Source of the DNA: a virus
Taxonomy: Duplodnaviria > Caudoviricetes
IMG/VR virus record: IMGVR_UViG_3300027874_000157
Span: 1-44,255 of that record
Reading direction: 5' to 3' (one strand)
Length of the DNA stretch: 44,255 nucleotides
The translations under genes and the position numbers were made by a program. Below the pieces are notes generated by a model, which saw only the letters and a list, made by a program, of their open reading frames with translations, did no database searches and was not told where the DNA came from. Every line of letters begins with the position of its first letter. Position 1 is the stretch's first letter. Below are positions 27,046 through 34,993 of the stretch, piece after piece.

Positions 27046-27221
27046 ACGCCTTCTACCGCATCCACGTCGAACACGATCCCAGCCAACAACAAGTGGTCCG
27101 CCTCTGCGCGGACCACCTGCGCATGGCCGAGTCCTGCCTGATGGTGGACGAACGCGACGTCCCCCAGATCGACAGCGAGTGCTTCTGCCCCACCTGTCAC
27201 TTCTGCGACATCCTCCGCTAG
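27042..27221 (+). CDS. Cys-rich hypothetical protein (59 aa)
   Basis: MNAFYRIHVEHD...CFCPTCHFCDILR*, ATGA-coupled; the G of its TAG is the first base of hammerhead 2. Confidence 0.7.
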   Translation: MNAFYRIHVEHDPSQQQVVRLCADHLRMAESCLMVDERDVPQIDSECFCPTCHFCDILR

Positions 27222-27276
27222 GGCGAAACGCCGCGAGGCGTCCAGGCGTACTGCGCCTGCTGATGAGCCCATCAGT
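27221..27276 (+). ncRNA. Hammerhead ribozyme 2 (type II, canonical core)
   Basis: GGGC-GAAA-CGCC(gcga)GGCG-TC^-CAGGCG(tactg)CGCCTG-CTGATGA-GCCC; three perfect stems; loop ACTG can pair with 3' CAGT (27273-76); predicted cut after C27242. Confidence 0.95.
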
Positions 27277-27320
27277 CTGACTCGCCCCCTGCCAGGGGCC
27301 ATTCACCGAGGAGCAATCTC

Positions 27321-28028
27321 GTGAGCAGTCTCTACTCCGCTGGGTCTGGCAAGACCATGACCTACCTGTCGGGCGCCATCGTGCCCGCCGCCCTGGGCGC
27401 CCGATCCGACTTCGGCGTCCTGTTCAACCCGTACATGGGCAACAACCCACCAGAACTGGGGGTTTTTGGTCTTGACAACGGGGTCTTCACCGAGTGGCTG
27501 TCGAAGGGCAAAAAACCCTTCAGCCTGCCCCGCTTCCTGGGCCTGCTTGACAAGTGGGCTCACCTCCGCGACCAGGCCCTGTTCGCCGTCGCGCCGGACG
27601 TCATCGGCAACTGGCAGGCCACCGTCAAACGCTCGCTGCCCATCCTGCCGCTCATCCGCGGCCTGGGCTACAAGGCCGCCCTGGTCGCCCAGAACGGGCT
27701 CGAGTGCCACCTGGCAAAGATCCCCTGGTCCGCCTTCGACGTCCTGTTCCTGGGCGGCGGCCCGGATGCCCAGCTGGTCGACCGCGACAACCGTCAGGGC
27801 GAGTGGAAACTCAGCCGCGGCGCCCGCCGCCTGTGCGACCTGGCTATCGCCAAGGGCAAAGCCATCCACATGGGGCGCGTCAACTCGGCGCTTCGCCTGC
27901 GCGCCGCCCACGCCATGGGCTGCGACTCAGCCGATGGCACGTACCTGACCTTCCGCGGACGCGACCGCGGTGTCCCCGAGATCCACCAGTGGCTAGACGC
28001 CATCAACCTGCAAGGAGCAATTGCATGA
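27321..28028 (+). CDS. TGT/DpdA-like guanine transglycosylase-fold protein (possible DNA base exchange)
   Basis: LDNG.F, APDVIG, VAQ.G, LFLGG, HMGRVN, DSADGT motifs resemble the TGT/DpdA TIM-barrel pattern; GTG start behind GAGGAGCAATCTC. Confidence 0.65.
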   Translation: MSSLYSAGSGKTMTYLSGAIVPAALGARSDFGVLFNPYMGNNPPELGVFGLDNGVFTEWLSKGKKPFSLPRFLGLLDKWAHLRDQALFAVAPDVIGNWQATVKRSLPILPLIRGLGYKAALVAQNGLECHLAKIPWSAFDVLFLGGGPDAQLVDRDNRQGEWKLSRGARRLCDLAIAKGKAIHMGRVNSALRLRAAHAMGCDSADGTYLTFRGRDRGVPEIHQWLDAINLQGAIA

Positions 28029-28381
28029 CCACCACCCGCATCTGGGCTGACTTCACCGCTGAAGCGTCAGCCAACATCGCCGGCCTGTACCGCCTGAACA
28101 TGCGCGCCATCGGCGGCTTCGACCCGGACGATACCGAAGAGGTCGCCTTCTCTGACGCCGACCTGGAGCAGCTGCGCTCGCTCATCGACCAGCTGCTGCC
28201 GCGGGGCGAGCACAACCACGAGGTCGCCGACCCCGACGCACACGTCCTGTTCGACTCCGTGTGCTGCGGCGCTCAGCTGTACCGCTGCGAGCGGCTGGAC
28301 GGGCCGCTGCCCAGCAAGCCGCTCATCGCCCATGGCGAGGACGCCTGCCGCAACTGTGGCGTGCCCCTCGCGCAGTTCTGA
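28025..28381 (+). CDS. Hypothetical protein with C-terminal Cys motifs
   Basis: MTTTRIWADF...SVCCG...CRNCG; AGGAGCAATTGC-ATG. Confidence 0.75.
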   Translation: MTTTRIWADFTAEASANIAGLYRLNMRAIGGFDPDDTEEVAFSDADLEQLRSLIDQLLPRGEHNHEVADPDAHVLFDSVCCGAQLYRCERLDGPLPSKPLIAHGEDACRNCGVPLAQF

Positions 28382-28402
28382 GCCCCCAGGAGGACAATCT
28401 CC

Positions 28403-28603
28403 ATGAAGCCCAAGCCAGTCTGGGTCGACTGCCCAGGCGTCACCAACGAGGGCGCCTATGGTCACTCATTACGCGACAATTGCTGGAGTTGTGCGCCCTG
28501 GTGGGCGCGCTACCCCAGCTGCCCGAGCCACCGCGGCAAGCTGAACCAGAGCGGCTGGTGCAAGCAGTGCCGCCGCTACTACGAGGTCGGCCATGACCGG
28601 TGA
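28403..28603 (+). CDS. Small Cys-rich Zn-binding protein
   Basis: CWSC, CPSH, CKQC; GGAGGACAATCTCC-ATG. Confidence 0.75.
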   Translation: MKPKPVWVDCPGVTNEGAYGHSLRDNCWSCAPWWARYPSCPSHRGKLNQSGWCKQCRRYYEVGHDR

Positions 28604-28814
28604 CCAGCTGGCCGCCTGGCGCAACTACTACCAGCTGACCCAGGGCCAGCTGGCGCGACTGCTCGGCGTGCACCAGGTCACGGTCGCCAAGTGGGAAGTC
28701 GGCATGCGCACCATCCCGCCGTTTCTGGGGCTGGCGCTGGAGACCATCCAGCGCGAACTGCCCAGGTCGCACCGCAAGATGATCCGCAAGGCCAACCCCA
28801 GGAGCGTCGCATGA
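28593..28814 (+). CDS. XRE-family HTH regulator
   Basis: LTQGQLARLLGVHQVTVAKWEVG. Confidence 0.9.
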   Translation: MTGDQLAAWRNYYQLTQGQLARLLGVHQVTVAKWEVGMRTIPPFLGLALETIQRELPRSHRKMIRKANPRSVA

Positions 28815-28963
28815 ACTTCTTTCTGCTGCTGGTCGGCATCGTCGGCCTGATCGTCATCGGCGTGGGTATCTGCTGGCTGATCATGGTCGGCGCCGAGCGC
28901 TTCCAGGACTGGCGCAACACCCGCTTTCTGGAGCGTGACCGCCGCGAACACCCTCGCCACTGA
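28811..28963 (+). CDS. Small membrane protein
   Basis: MNFFLLLVGIVGLIVIGVGICWLIMVG hydrophobic helix; AGGAG RBS. Confidence 0.7.
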   Translation: MNFFLLLVGIVGLIVIGVGICWLIMVGAERFQDWRNTRFLERDRREHPRH

Positions 28964-28969
28964 GCCCAT

Positions 28970-29012
28970 CCCCTGCCCGGCCATTCGCGTCGGGCGGGGA
29001 ATTTTTTTATTT
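28970..29012 (+). terminator. Intrinsic terminator ending the ribozyme operon
   Basis: CCCCTGCCCGGC-loop-GTCGGGCGGGG followed by a T-rich tract. Confidence 0.75.
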
Positions 29013-29094
29013 AAGCCGACCCACAAGGGTGGGGGCGGGATGCGCCCAACGCAGAGCCCGCTTGGCCGGGGAAACTACGTCCGCCCCACCAGAA

Positions 29095-29313
29095 GAAGAG
29101 TACGTAACTCCTACGTACTTATATATATGTCCAGAGGAGCCCCATTTTTGAGATTGAGCCCACCCCGTGAAACACCGTGGAACGCCCCATAAACCGGAGC
29201 AGCTACGGTTTAAAACCGGAGCAACCGGAGCAATGCTCCGGTTTCTGGGTGAACTGGAAACCGGAGCAAGAAACCGGAGCAAAACCGGAGCAAACCGTAG
29301 CATGCTCCGGTTT
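29095..29313. repeat. Iteron array plus AT-rich tract: probable replication origin
   Basis: ACCGGAGCA direct x6 (29193, 29215, 29224, 29260, 29273, 29284), variant at 29294, inverted at 29234 and 29303; TACTTATATATAT nearby; abuts the helicase gene end. Confidence 0.75.
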
Positions 29314-30595
29314 ACGCCCGTAGAGCCCAGGTCGTGGCCTTGCCACGTCCCCCGCCGCCGATGATGGGGAACACGTCCGGCATGCGCCCGCATTCCACCT
29401 TGACCTGGTCTGGCTTGATGCCCAGGATCTCGGCCAGCTGGTTGGTATCCAGCCTGCCGTTGCGAGCCAGGGCGCGGCGGATCTTCTCGCCCAGCGTCAT
29501 CGTGGTCTTCTCCAGGCCGGGCATGTCGCTCAGCCTGGCGCTCTGGAAACGCACCAGGTGGTTCACGTTATCGAAGTCCATGGTGTACGCCAGGGGACTC
29601 TGGGGTGGTCCGTCGAACGGCTTGCGGGGTGTCATGCTGACCCCGAACCTGGCAGTCCTGGCCTGCTCACGCTTCATGTGCCAGATCGCTCGAGCGCGGT
29701 ACTCGAACAGCGTGGAGCCGATGACGCTGATGTCCTCGGTCTCCGCATTGCGGCTGGCCTTGTTGGGGTGAGCGCTGATCAGCTTGGTGACACCTTCACC
29801 CAGCGAGCCGATGGCGGCCATCGTTGGCGCCGCGTACTCAGCTGAGTTCAGGTCGGCGCCGGTGGCGAACGTCAGGCTGTCGATGACCACCAGCACCGGC
29901 TGGATACGCTCGATCATGTGCCGCATGTCGCGGACACGGTCGAAGATCCTGCCCCTGGTGGACATGTTCACGTAGTGCAGAGACCGCGGCGGGCTCGAGC
30001 CGAGACCTCGACAGATCCACGCCAGCCGCTTGTTGGCGACCCGCTCGTCCACTTCCCAGTCGAAGTAGATCGCGGGTCCCGTGCGGGACGGCTCCGAGAA
30101 CACCGTCCTGGCGCCCAGGGTGATGCACGCCGACAGGTACAGCATCAGAAACGACTTTGTCGAACCCTGGTCTGCCAGCAGCAGCGTCACCTGGCCGAGC
30201 GGCAGGACCGGATCGATCAGGTTGTCGGTCTCCAGGTCGGCCTCCTCGACACCCGTCAGGATGACCGGCTCGGGCACCGCGGTATGCCGCTCGTAGACGT
30301 CCATGAAACAGCGGTCGATGTCCTGCTCCCAGGTGCCCTTCGGCAAGCCTGGGACCAGGCTCTCCAGCTTGGCGGTCACTATCTTGCGGTCGCTAGCAGT
30401 GGTCAGCGAGACCGCCTGCCAGTACAACCGCTCGGGCCCAGCCCCACTGCGTCGGTCAGGATTGACCGCGGTCATGAAGCCCAACACCCGCCCGCTGTCG
30501 GACTCGTGCAGCTTGGTGAAAATCAGCTGGACGTGCCGATCCACCCACAGGTAGCGAATCTCGTCGGAGTACTCCGAGATCTGGGGCGGGCTCAC
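29312..30595 (-). CDS. RepA/AAA_25-like replicative helicase with a C-terminal HTH
   Basis: Walker A variant ADQGSTKS, YFDWE, Walker B LVVIDS, AH.NK; C-terminal TNQLAEILGI HTH. Confidence 0.85.
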   Translation of the reverse strand: MSPPQISEYSDEIRYLWVDRHVQLIFTKLHESDSGRVLGFMTAVNPDRRSGAGPERLYWQAVSLTTASDRKIVTAKLESLVPGLPKGTWEQDIDRCFMDVYERHTAVPEPVILTGVEEADLETDNLIDPVLPLGQVTLLLADQGSTKSFLMLYLSACITLGARTVFSEPSRTGPAIYFDWEVDERVANKRLAWICRGLGSSPPRSLHYVNMSTRGRIFDRVRDMRHMIERIQPVLVVIDSLTFATGADLNSAEYAAPTMAAIGSLGEGVTKLISAHPNKASRNAETEDISVIGSTLFEYRARAIWHMKREQARTARFGVSMTPRKPFDGPPQSPLAYTMDFDNVNHLVRFQSARLSDMPGLEKTTMTLGEKIRRALARNGRLDTNQLAEILGIKPDQVKVECGRMPDVFPIIGGGGRGKATTWALRA

Positions 30596-30876
30596 CAGCC
30601 TGGGCCTCGCGGACCCTCGGCGGGGGGTGTCACAAATCGCTCTACAACGCGTTTCTGTGGGGGCTCCGGCTGCGGGGGCCCATGTTCCGCCTCGATCTCT
30701 GCGGGCCCCGCCAGCGGCTGCTGCGGCTCATCCTGGGCCAGCTGCGCCTGGTAGCCCTCCCAGGAATCGAGCCAGTCAGGCAGCGGCTCCGACTCGGCCT
30801 CGCGTCCGTACTTTGAGCGCAGTTCTTGCAGGCGGTTCTCGACGTGCAGCCGCCGCTGGCGGTCACGCTCCGACAT
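30592..30876 (-). CDS. Hypothetical protein
   Basis: Coupled ORF in the replication operon. Confidence 0.6.
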   Translation of the reverse strand: MSERDRQRRLHVENRLQELRSKYGREAESEPLPDWLDSWEGYQAQLAQDEPQQPLAGPAEIEAEHGPPQPEPPQKRVVERFVTPPAEGPRGPGW

Positions 30877-31165
30877 CGACGTGCTCCAGCGGTGATGCCT
30901 CGCACCAGGCGCAGCGCTCGCCCACGTCGCAAGCTTCGCGGGTGATCAGCCGCTCGCATGCCGGGCAGCGGGTCAGGTCGACCAGCGGCTCGTGGCGCAG
31001 GCTAGCTGAGCGATAGTCGCGGACGAACTCGCGGTACGCCTCGAGCATGTCTGCATACTCGTCATAGCCGGCGTTGCGGACCTTGCGCAGCTGGACCTCG
31101 ATGCGGACCATCTCGTGGGCCAGCCAGCGGGTGCTGGCCCAGGGCAGATAGGGTTGCCCGTTCAC
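30863..31165 (-). CDS. Hypothetical Zn-finger protein
   Basis: CPAC...CAWC. Confidence 0.6.
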   Translation of the reverse strand: MNGQPYLPWASTRWLAHEMVRIEVQLRKVRNAGYDEYADMLEAYREFVRDYRSASLRHEPLVDLTRCPACERLITREACDVGERCAWCEASPLEHVDVGA

Positions 31166-31168
31166 GGC

Positions 31169-31372
31169 TCAAGACCGCTGGGGCTCTGGCTCAGCTGCCT
31201 CCACGGCTGGGTCATCGGCCACCATCAGGATTGAAAAGCTGGCGCCCAGGCGGGACGCCAGGCGCAGCAGATCAGGACTCAGTTCAGTAGCAAACTCAAT
31301 CTCGGCGTAGCCCCCGCTGCCGACTTGGACGCGGCGCAGGTTCGCCCGAATACGCAGTGGCTCGCGTGACAT
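31169..31372 (-). CDS. Hypothetical protein
   Basis: 67 aa, in-operon. Confidence 0.55.
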   Translation of the reverse strand: MSREPLRIRANLRRVQVGSGGYAEIEFATELSPDLLRLASRLGASFSILMVADDPAVEAAEPEPQRS

Positions 31373-31405
31373 GCAATCCCCCGGGGTGGGAGTTCAGGGC
31401 GGCGG

Positions 31406-32296
31406 TCAATTGTTCAGGAGCGTTTCGAGTTCGCTGTTGGCCGCCTCGATCTCTTCCAGGCTGGCGCGGCCAGACAGCGTGCGCGGGCGAATCTTCTGCT
31501 TGTGCGCCTCTTCGGACAGCTGCTTGTTGCGCTGCCAGGCGCGGCTCAGTGCAGTCCCCGGCCACTCGTCCCCCTCTTCGATGTCGCTATCCGCGGTCAC
31601 GTCCGCCTCCAGCTGGGCCGCCCGAGCGGCGACGTCCTCGGCCACGCTCACACCCCGCGGCACCACCGGCAGCGCCGGCTGCGGCCTGGGCTCGTCCTCT
31701 CCAAAGATCTGGTCGTACTTCGCCGCGTGCTGGGCCACCTTGACGGGGTCGTTGCGCGAGGCGATCTCCTCCGCGAGCAGCTGCTCCATCTCGGCCTCGT
31801 CAGGCGCGGCCTCGTGGCCGAAGGCGGCGCGAATGCAGTGTTGGGCTGAGCGCTTCTGGGCCATCTCGACGGGGTTGGATCCGATGGGGGTCTTCTGGGA
31901 CTGACCCTCGCGCACCTCGTCCTGGGTGACCTTGCCCCACTGGGTGATCTCGCCCCAGGACCTGGTCCTGATCGTGGTGGCCCACACGATGTCGCTTTTC
32001 TGCCAGCCACCGGCTACTTTCTCGTCCTCTTTGAGCGGCCACTGCTGGAAGCCGGCGTACTCACGGTGGCGGCGCATCATCTTGAGCGTGCCGTTGATCG
32101 TGTACCACGGGTGCCCGTGCATCAGGGTGATGTCTTCGAGCGGGTCCAGGTCCAGGCGGCGGCACAACATGAAGATGATGTTCAGCTGCGACACGGTCGC
32201 GTTCTGCAACCCGAAGCGGGCCTGCTGATTGAGTTCAATGCGCCGCTTCAGCTGCTGGTTGTTCATGCGCTCGATGGACTTGGCTTCAGTTGCCAT
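31406..32296 (-). CDS. RecT/Redbeta-like single-strand annealing protein
   Basis: From MATEAK; LDP...G.P...I.G...Y.G and EMAQKRS..CIRAAF patterns; acidic tail. Confidence 0.7.
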   Translation of the reverse strand: MATEAKSIERMNNQQLKRRIELNQQARFGLQNATVSQLNIIFMLCRRLDLDPLEDITLMHGHPWYTINGTLKMMRRHREYAGFQQWPLKEDEKVAGGWQKSDIVWATTIRTRSWGEITQWGKVTQDEVREGQSQKTPIGSNPVEMAQKRSAQHCIRAAFGHEAAPDEAEMEQLLAEEIASRNDPVKVAQHAAKYDQIFGEDEPRPQPALPVVPRGVSVAEDVAARAAQLEADVTADSDIEEGDEWPGTALSRAWQRNKQLSEEAHKQKIRPRTLSGRASLEEIEAANSELETLLNN

Positions 32297-32571
32297 CAGT
32301 TGCGCCTCGCCAGCTTCTCGTAGTGCTCCAGGTACTCGTGCTGCGCCTCGGCCATGTGCTTGGCGCGCACCTTGAACTCGCGTGCCAGACGGTTCAGGCA
32401 CGCCTCCAGCGAGGCGATCTCCTGCTCGGTGTACGCCGCTGCCTCATCCAGGCGGCGCATGTCCTCGGGCATCTCGGCAATGCGGATCTCGGACAGCACC
32501 ATCGACGCAATCGTCAGAGCGTGGAAGTACGCCTCGCCGGGTGACATCGGCTGGTCCTTTGCGCGGCTCAT
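32296..32571 (-). CDS. Hypothetical coiled-coil protein
   Basis: MSRAKDQP..., GGAGG RBS, coupled. Confidence 0.65.
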   Translation of the reverse strand: MSRAKDQPMSPGEAYFHALTIASMVLSEIRIAEMPEDMRRLDEAAAYTEQEIASLEACLNRLAREFKVRAKHMAEAQHEYLEHYEKLARRN

Positions 32572-32984
32572 CTGCAACCTCCAACTGTCCACTGGGCGCG
32601 CCGCCCCATAGCCAGGTCGTGGGCCGCCACCAGGCGGGCCTGCCAGGGCACCCAGAGCGACCACTCTGGATGCCCCAATTCCTTGGCGCCGCGGGCGAAC
32701 GTGCCAGGGAAGTACTGCATGACGCCGCCCGCGCCACTGCCGCCGCGGTTCCAGACGTTGGCGCCGCCGCTCTCCGCGGCCTCGATGCACTCCGCCTGGA
32801 TGGCGTACCTGTCGGCTACCGGTCGGGCCAATTCGCCCACGGCGTACAGGTACTCTCGAGCGTCCAGGCCGGTGCTGGCGGCAGCTGCCGCCAGGTCGCC
32901 AGGATCCACGCCGGCCTGCTGCGCCAGCTGATCGACGTCCGTTGTCTGGGCGATGACGAGCATCGCCAGGCCGACCAGGGCCAT
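32568..32984 (-). CDS. Secreted Rpf/transglycosylase-like protein
   Basis: Hydrophobic N-terminus; CI..AESGG..N..SGAGG.MQY..GTF and terminal QW..GC lysozyme-like motifs. Confidence 0.75.
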   Translation of the reverse strand: MALVGLAMLVIAQTTDVDQLAQQAGVDPGDLAAAAASTGLDAREYLYAVGELARPVADRYAIQAECIEAAESGGANVWNRGGSGAGGVMQYFPGTFARGAKELGHPEWSLWVPWQARLVAAHDLAMGRRAQWTVGGCR

Positions 32985-33256
32985 TAGAACGGGGCCTCGT
33001 CTTCGGGTACCCTCACTTCCGCGGAGCGCTGCGTCGGCGGCGGGCTCGCCGCAGAGCGAACCTGCGCCGATTGAGACTGCGCCAGCTGCCTGTTGACAAG
33101 CCTTGCAGCCTGGAGCAGTAGCAACTCTGCCAGTAATTCGTCATCGTCCACCGTCCAGTCCTCGAGCGACAGTTCGGCTGCTTCTGTCCCGTATCGGCCA
33201 TCGCTCAGCTGGCGGCGGTAGGTCACGCGCACCTGGTGCTGGTGTTGCTCGCTCAC
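32984..33256 (-). CDS. Hypothetical protein
   Basis: VTYRRQLSDG.YGTE; ends EDEAPF; GGAGG RBS. Confidence 0.65.
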   Translation of the reverse strand: MSEQHQHQVRVTYRRQLSDGRYGTEAAELSLEDWTVDDDELLAELLLLQAARLVNRQLAQSQSAQVRSAASPPPTQRSAEVRVPEDEAPF

Positions 33257-33546
33257 GCTGATAGTTCCTCCACAATTCGCTGCCAGTCGCGGGGACGCCA
33301 GACGTCCACGTCGAACTGGGTGCATGCCTTGATCAGGTCGATGGTTTCCCGCTGCGGGAGGGAGAGCCCGCCCGTGTTGGTCTTGAGTTCGCGGATGCGC
33401 ATGAAGGGCGGCTTGAGGATGATGAGATCCGGCCAGCCCTCGGGTGAACCCTTCGAACGCTGGGTGAAATACACGCGGGCGTGCACCGCTTTGCAGAAGC
33501 GGGTGACCTCGGCCTGGAAGTGCTTCTCCGACTCACCTGGGATCAC
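33253..33546 (-). CDS. VRR-NUC domain nuclease / resolvase
   Basis: SEK.FQ, GWPDL, RELKT..G.LS..Q, VWRP.DW. Confidence 0.88.
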   Translation of the reverse strand: MIPGESEKHFQAEVTRFCKAVHARVYFTQRSKGSPEGWPDLIILKPPFMRIRELKTNTGGLSLPQRETIDLIKACTQFDVDVWRPRDWQRIVEELSA

Positions 33547-33715
33547 CCGTCTGCTCCTTGCTCTGGTGCTGCTCCTCGAGTGGGATGTGAAACATGGGCT
33601 GCTGCACGTAGCCCTCGGCGCGGATGCCGTGCAGCTGGCCGCGACAGCGGCAGCGGCAGCGAGGTTTGCGCGAGCGCTCGCACGTCTTGATCTGCCGCTC
33701 GCTCAGCGCTCTCAC
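33533..33715 (-). CDS. Small Cys-rich protein
   Basis: C....RCRCRCRGQLHG; coupled to neighbours. Confidence 0.55.
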   Translation of the reverse strand: MRALSERQIKTCERSRKPRCRCRCRGQLHGIRAEGYVQQPMFHIPLEEQHQSKEQTGDPR

Positions 33716-34011
33716 GCCTTGCTCCGCTTGGCCGCCTCCTGGGTGAAGTTGTCCATCAGCCGCTGCTCGATCTCTCGGCGCAGCCGCAGGTACTCCTCCA
33801 GGGCGGCGTCGCCTGCCTGGACAACGTCGCTGTACGGGTAACACTTGACCTTGATGTCGGTGCCCCTGGTGCTGGTGGCGATCTCCACGCTGGACTGCGA
33901 CTCGCTCTGACCCAGGCGCTCCTTGATGTCACGCACGTCCTCGGCCAGCTGCCTGAGCAGATTCACGTTTGTCCAGGGATCCGGGAAATTGCTGGACGTC
34001 GAGATGCTCAC
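33712..34011 (-). CDS. Hypothetical protein
   Basis: SSVEIATSTRGTDIKVK.Y; coupled. Confidence 0.65.
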   Translation of the reverse strand: MSISTSSNFPDPWTNVNLLRQLAEDVRDIKERLGQSESQSSVEIATSTRGTDIKVKCYPYSDVVQAGDAALEEYLRLRREIEQRLMDNFTQEAAKRSKA

Positions 34012-34238
34012 GCTTCACCTCCCGCTTTGTGCGCCAACCACTCCTCGAACTTGCGAGCGTGGATGCGGACGTGCCGCGGCGTACGGATGGCCGGGAAACC
34101 AGGTTCGTCCAGCCACTCCTGCAACTTGCTCAGGCTGACCTGGGCCCAGGCAGCTGCCTGCTGCTTGGTCAGCAGGATGGGCATGCCCAGATCCGCGTCG
34201 CGGTCAGCCTCGTAGTCGATGTCTTCGAGAGCCCTCAT
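34008..34238 (-). CDS. Excisionase-like HTH protein
   Basis: LLTKQQAA.WAQVS....EW...GFPAIR....VRI....FEEWL. Confidence 0.8.
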   Translation of the reverse strand: MRALEDIDYEADRDADLGMPILLTKQQAAAWAQVSLSKLQEWLDEPGFPAIRTPRHVRIHARKFEEWLAHKAGGEA

Positions 34239-34426
34239 GGCTCAGCCTCCAGTTCGGCGCCCGCGTCGGTCCCGGCATAGGCGTCTTCAGCCCAGGCGGC
34301 CAGCGCCTCGGCGACCAACACCGCTGCCTGCTCCTGGGGGCGGCGCCGCTGCTGTTCGGCCATGACAGTCAGCAGCCCCATCTCCCGCGGGCGCAATCGG
34401 ATTTGAAACGTCATCCAGCTGGACAC
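34235..34426 (-). CDS. Small ribbon-helix-helix-like regulator
   Basis: FQIRL..RE..LL...AEQQRR.PQ.QA; first gene of the leftward early operon. Confidence 0.55.
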   Translation of the reverse strand: MSSWMTFQIRLRPREMGLLTVMAEQQRRRPQEQAAVLVAEALAAWAEDAYAGTDAGAELEAEP

Positions 34427-34621
34427 AAACGCCAGCTTGTGCCGGCCAGCTGAGCGCCCGCTAGGCGGGAGTTGTGCATGAATTTGCCCTGTGCCGAATT
34501 TTGGTACAGCTGCCCATGCTCATCATGCAATCCATAGGGGCATACTGGGCTGTGCCCTAACCCCAAGAGAGACCAGTTAGGTGACTTGTCGACACATGTC
34601 CGCGGGCGTAGGCTGGTGTGC

Positions 34622-34993
34622 ATGGGCGCGGGGCACAGCTGCACACGAGGAGGCGCGGTGAATTGCATGACGTGCAGTGGGCGATGCCGATGCCATAGAC
34701 AAGCCTGGGACGCACTCGATGCCGCCGCCGGCATCCGCCACGTTGGACTCGGCGTAGGCCGACCTCCCTACGAGCGGGACGCCGAGGCGTTCCAACGCAA
34801 ACTGGACCAGCACTACCGCGATGAGCAGGACGCCGAGCCTGATCGCAAGCCCAGCCTGGTCCGCGTCGCGGAGCGCTTTGGCTGGGAGCGTCGCACGCTG
34901 CGTAAGACGATCAATCGACTGGGGGCGAGGTGGCCCCCGGACCCAGGATGTCCTCGGCAGTCCCTGTATCGCTTCCGAGGTCTCGCCGCATGA
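34622..34993 (+). CDS. HTH DNA-binding protein (paralog of 38330-38908)
   Basis: GRPP...SLVRVAERFGWERRTL...WPP; start uncertain (34622-34667). Confidence 0.65.
   Translation: MGAGHSCTRGGAVNCMTCSGRCRCHRQAWDALDAAAGIRHVGLGVGRPPYERDAEAFQRKLDQHYRDEQDAEPDRKPSLVRVAERFGWERRTLRKTINRLGARWPPDPGCPRQSLYRFRGLAA

Noticed and set aside
29190-29313. CRISPR mini-array
   Set aside because: Units are 9-12 bp with little or no spacer and include inverted copies; no cas genes. Better explained as iterons.
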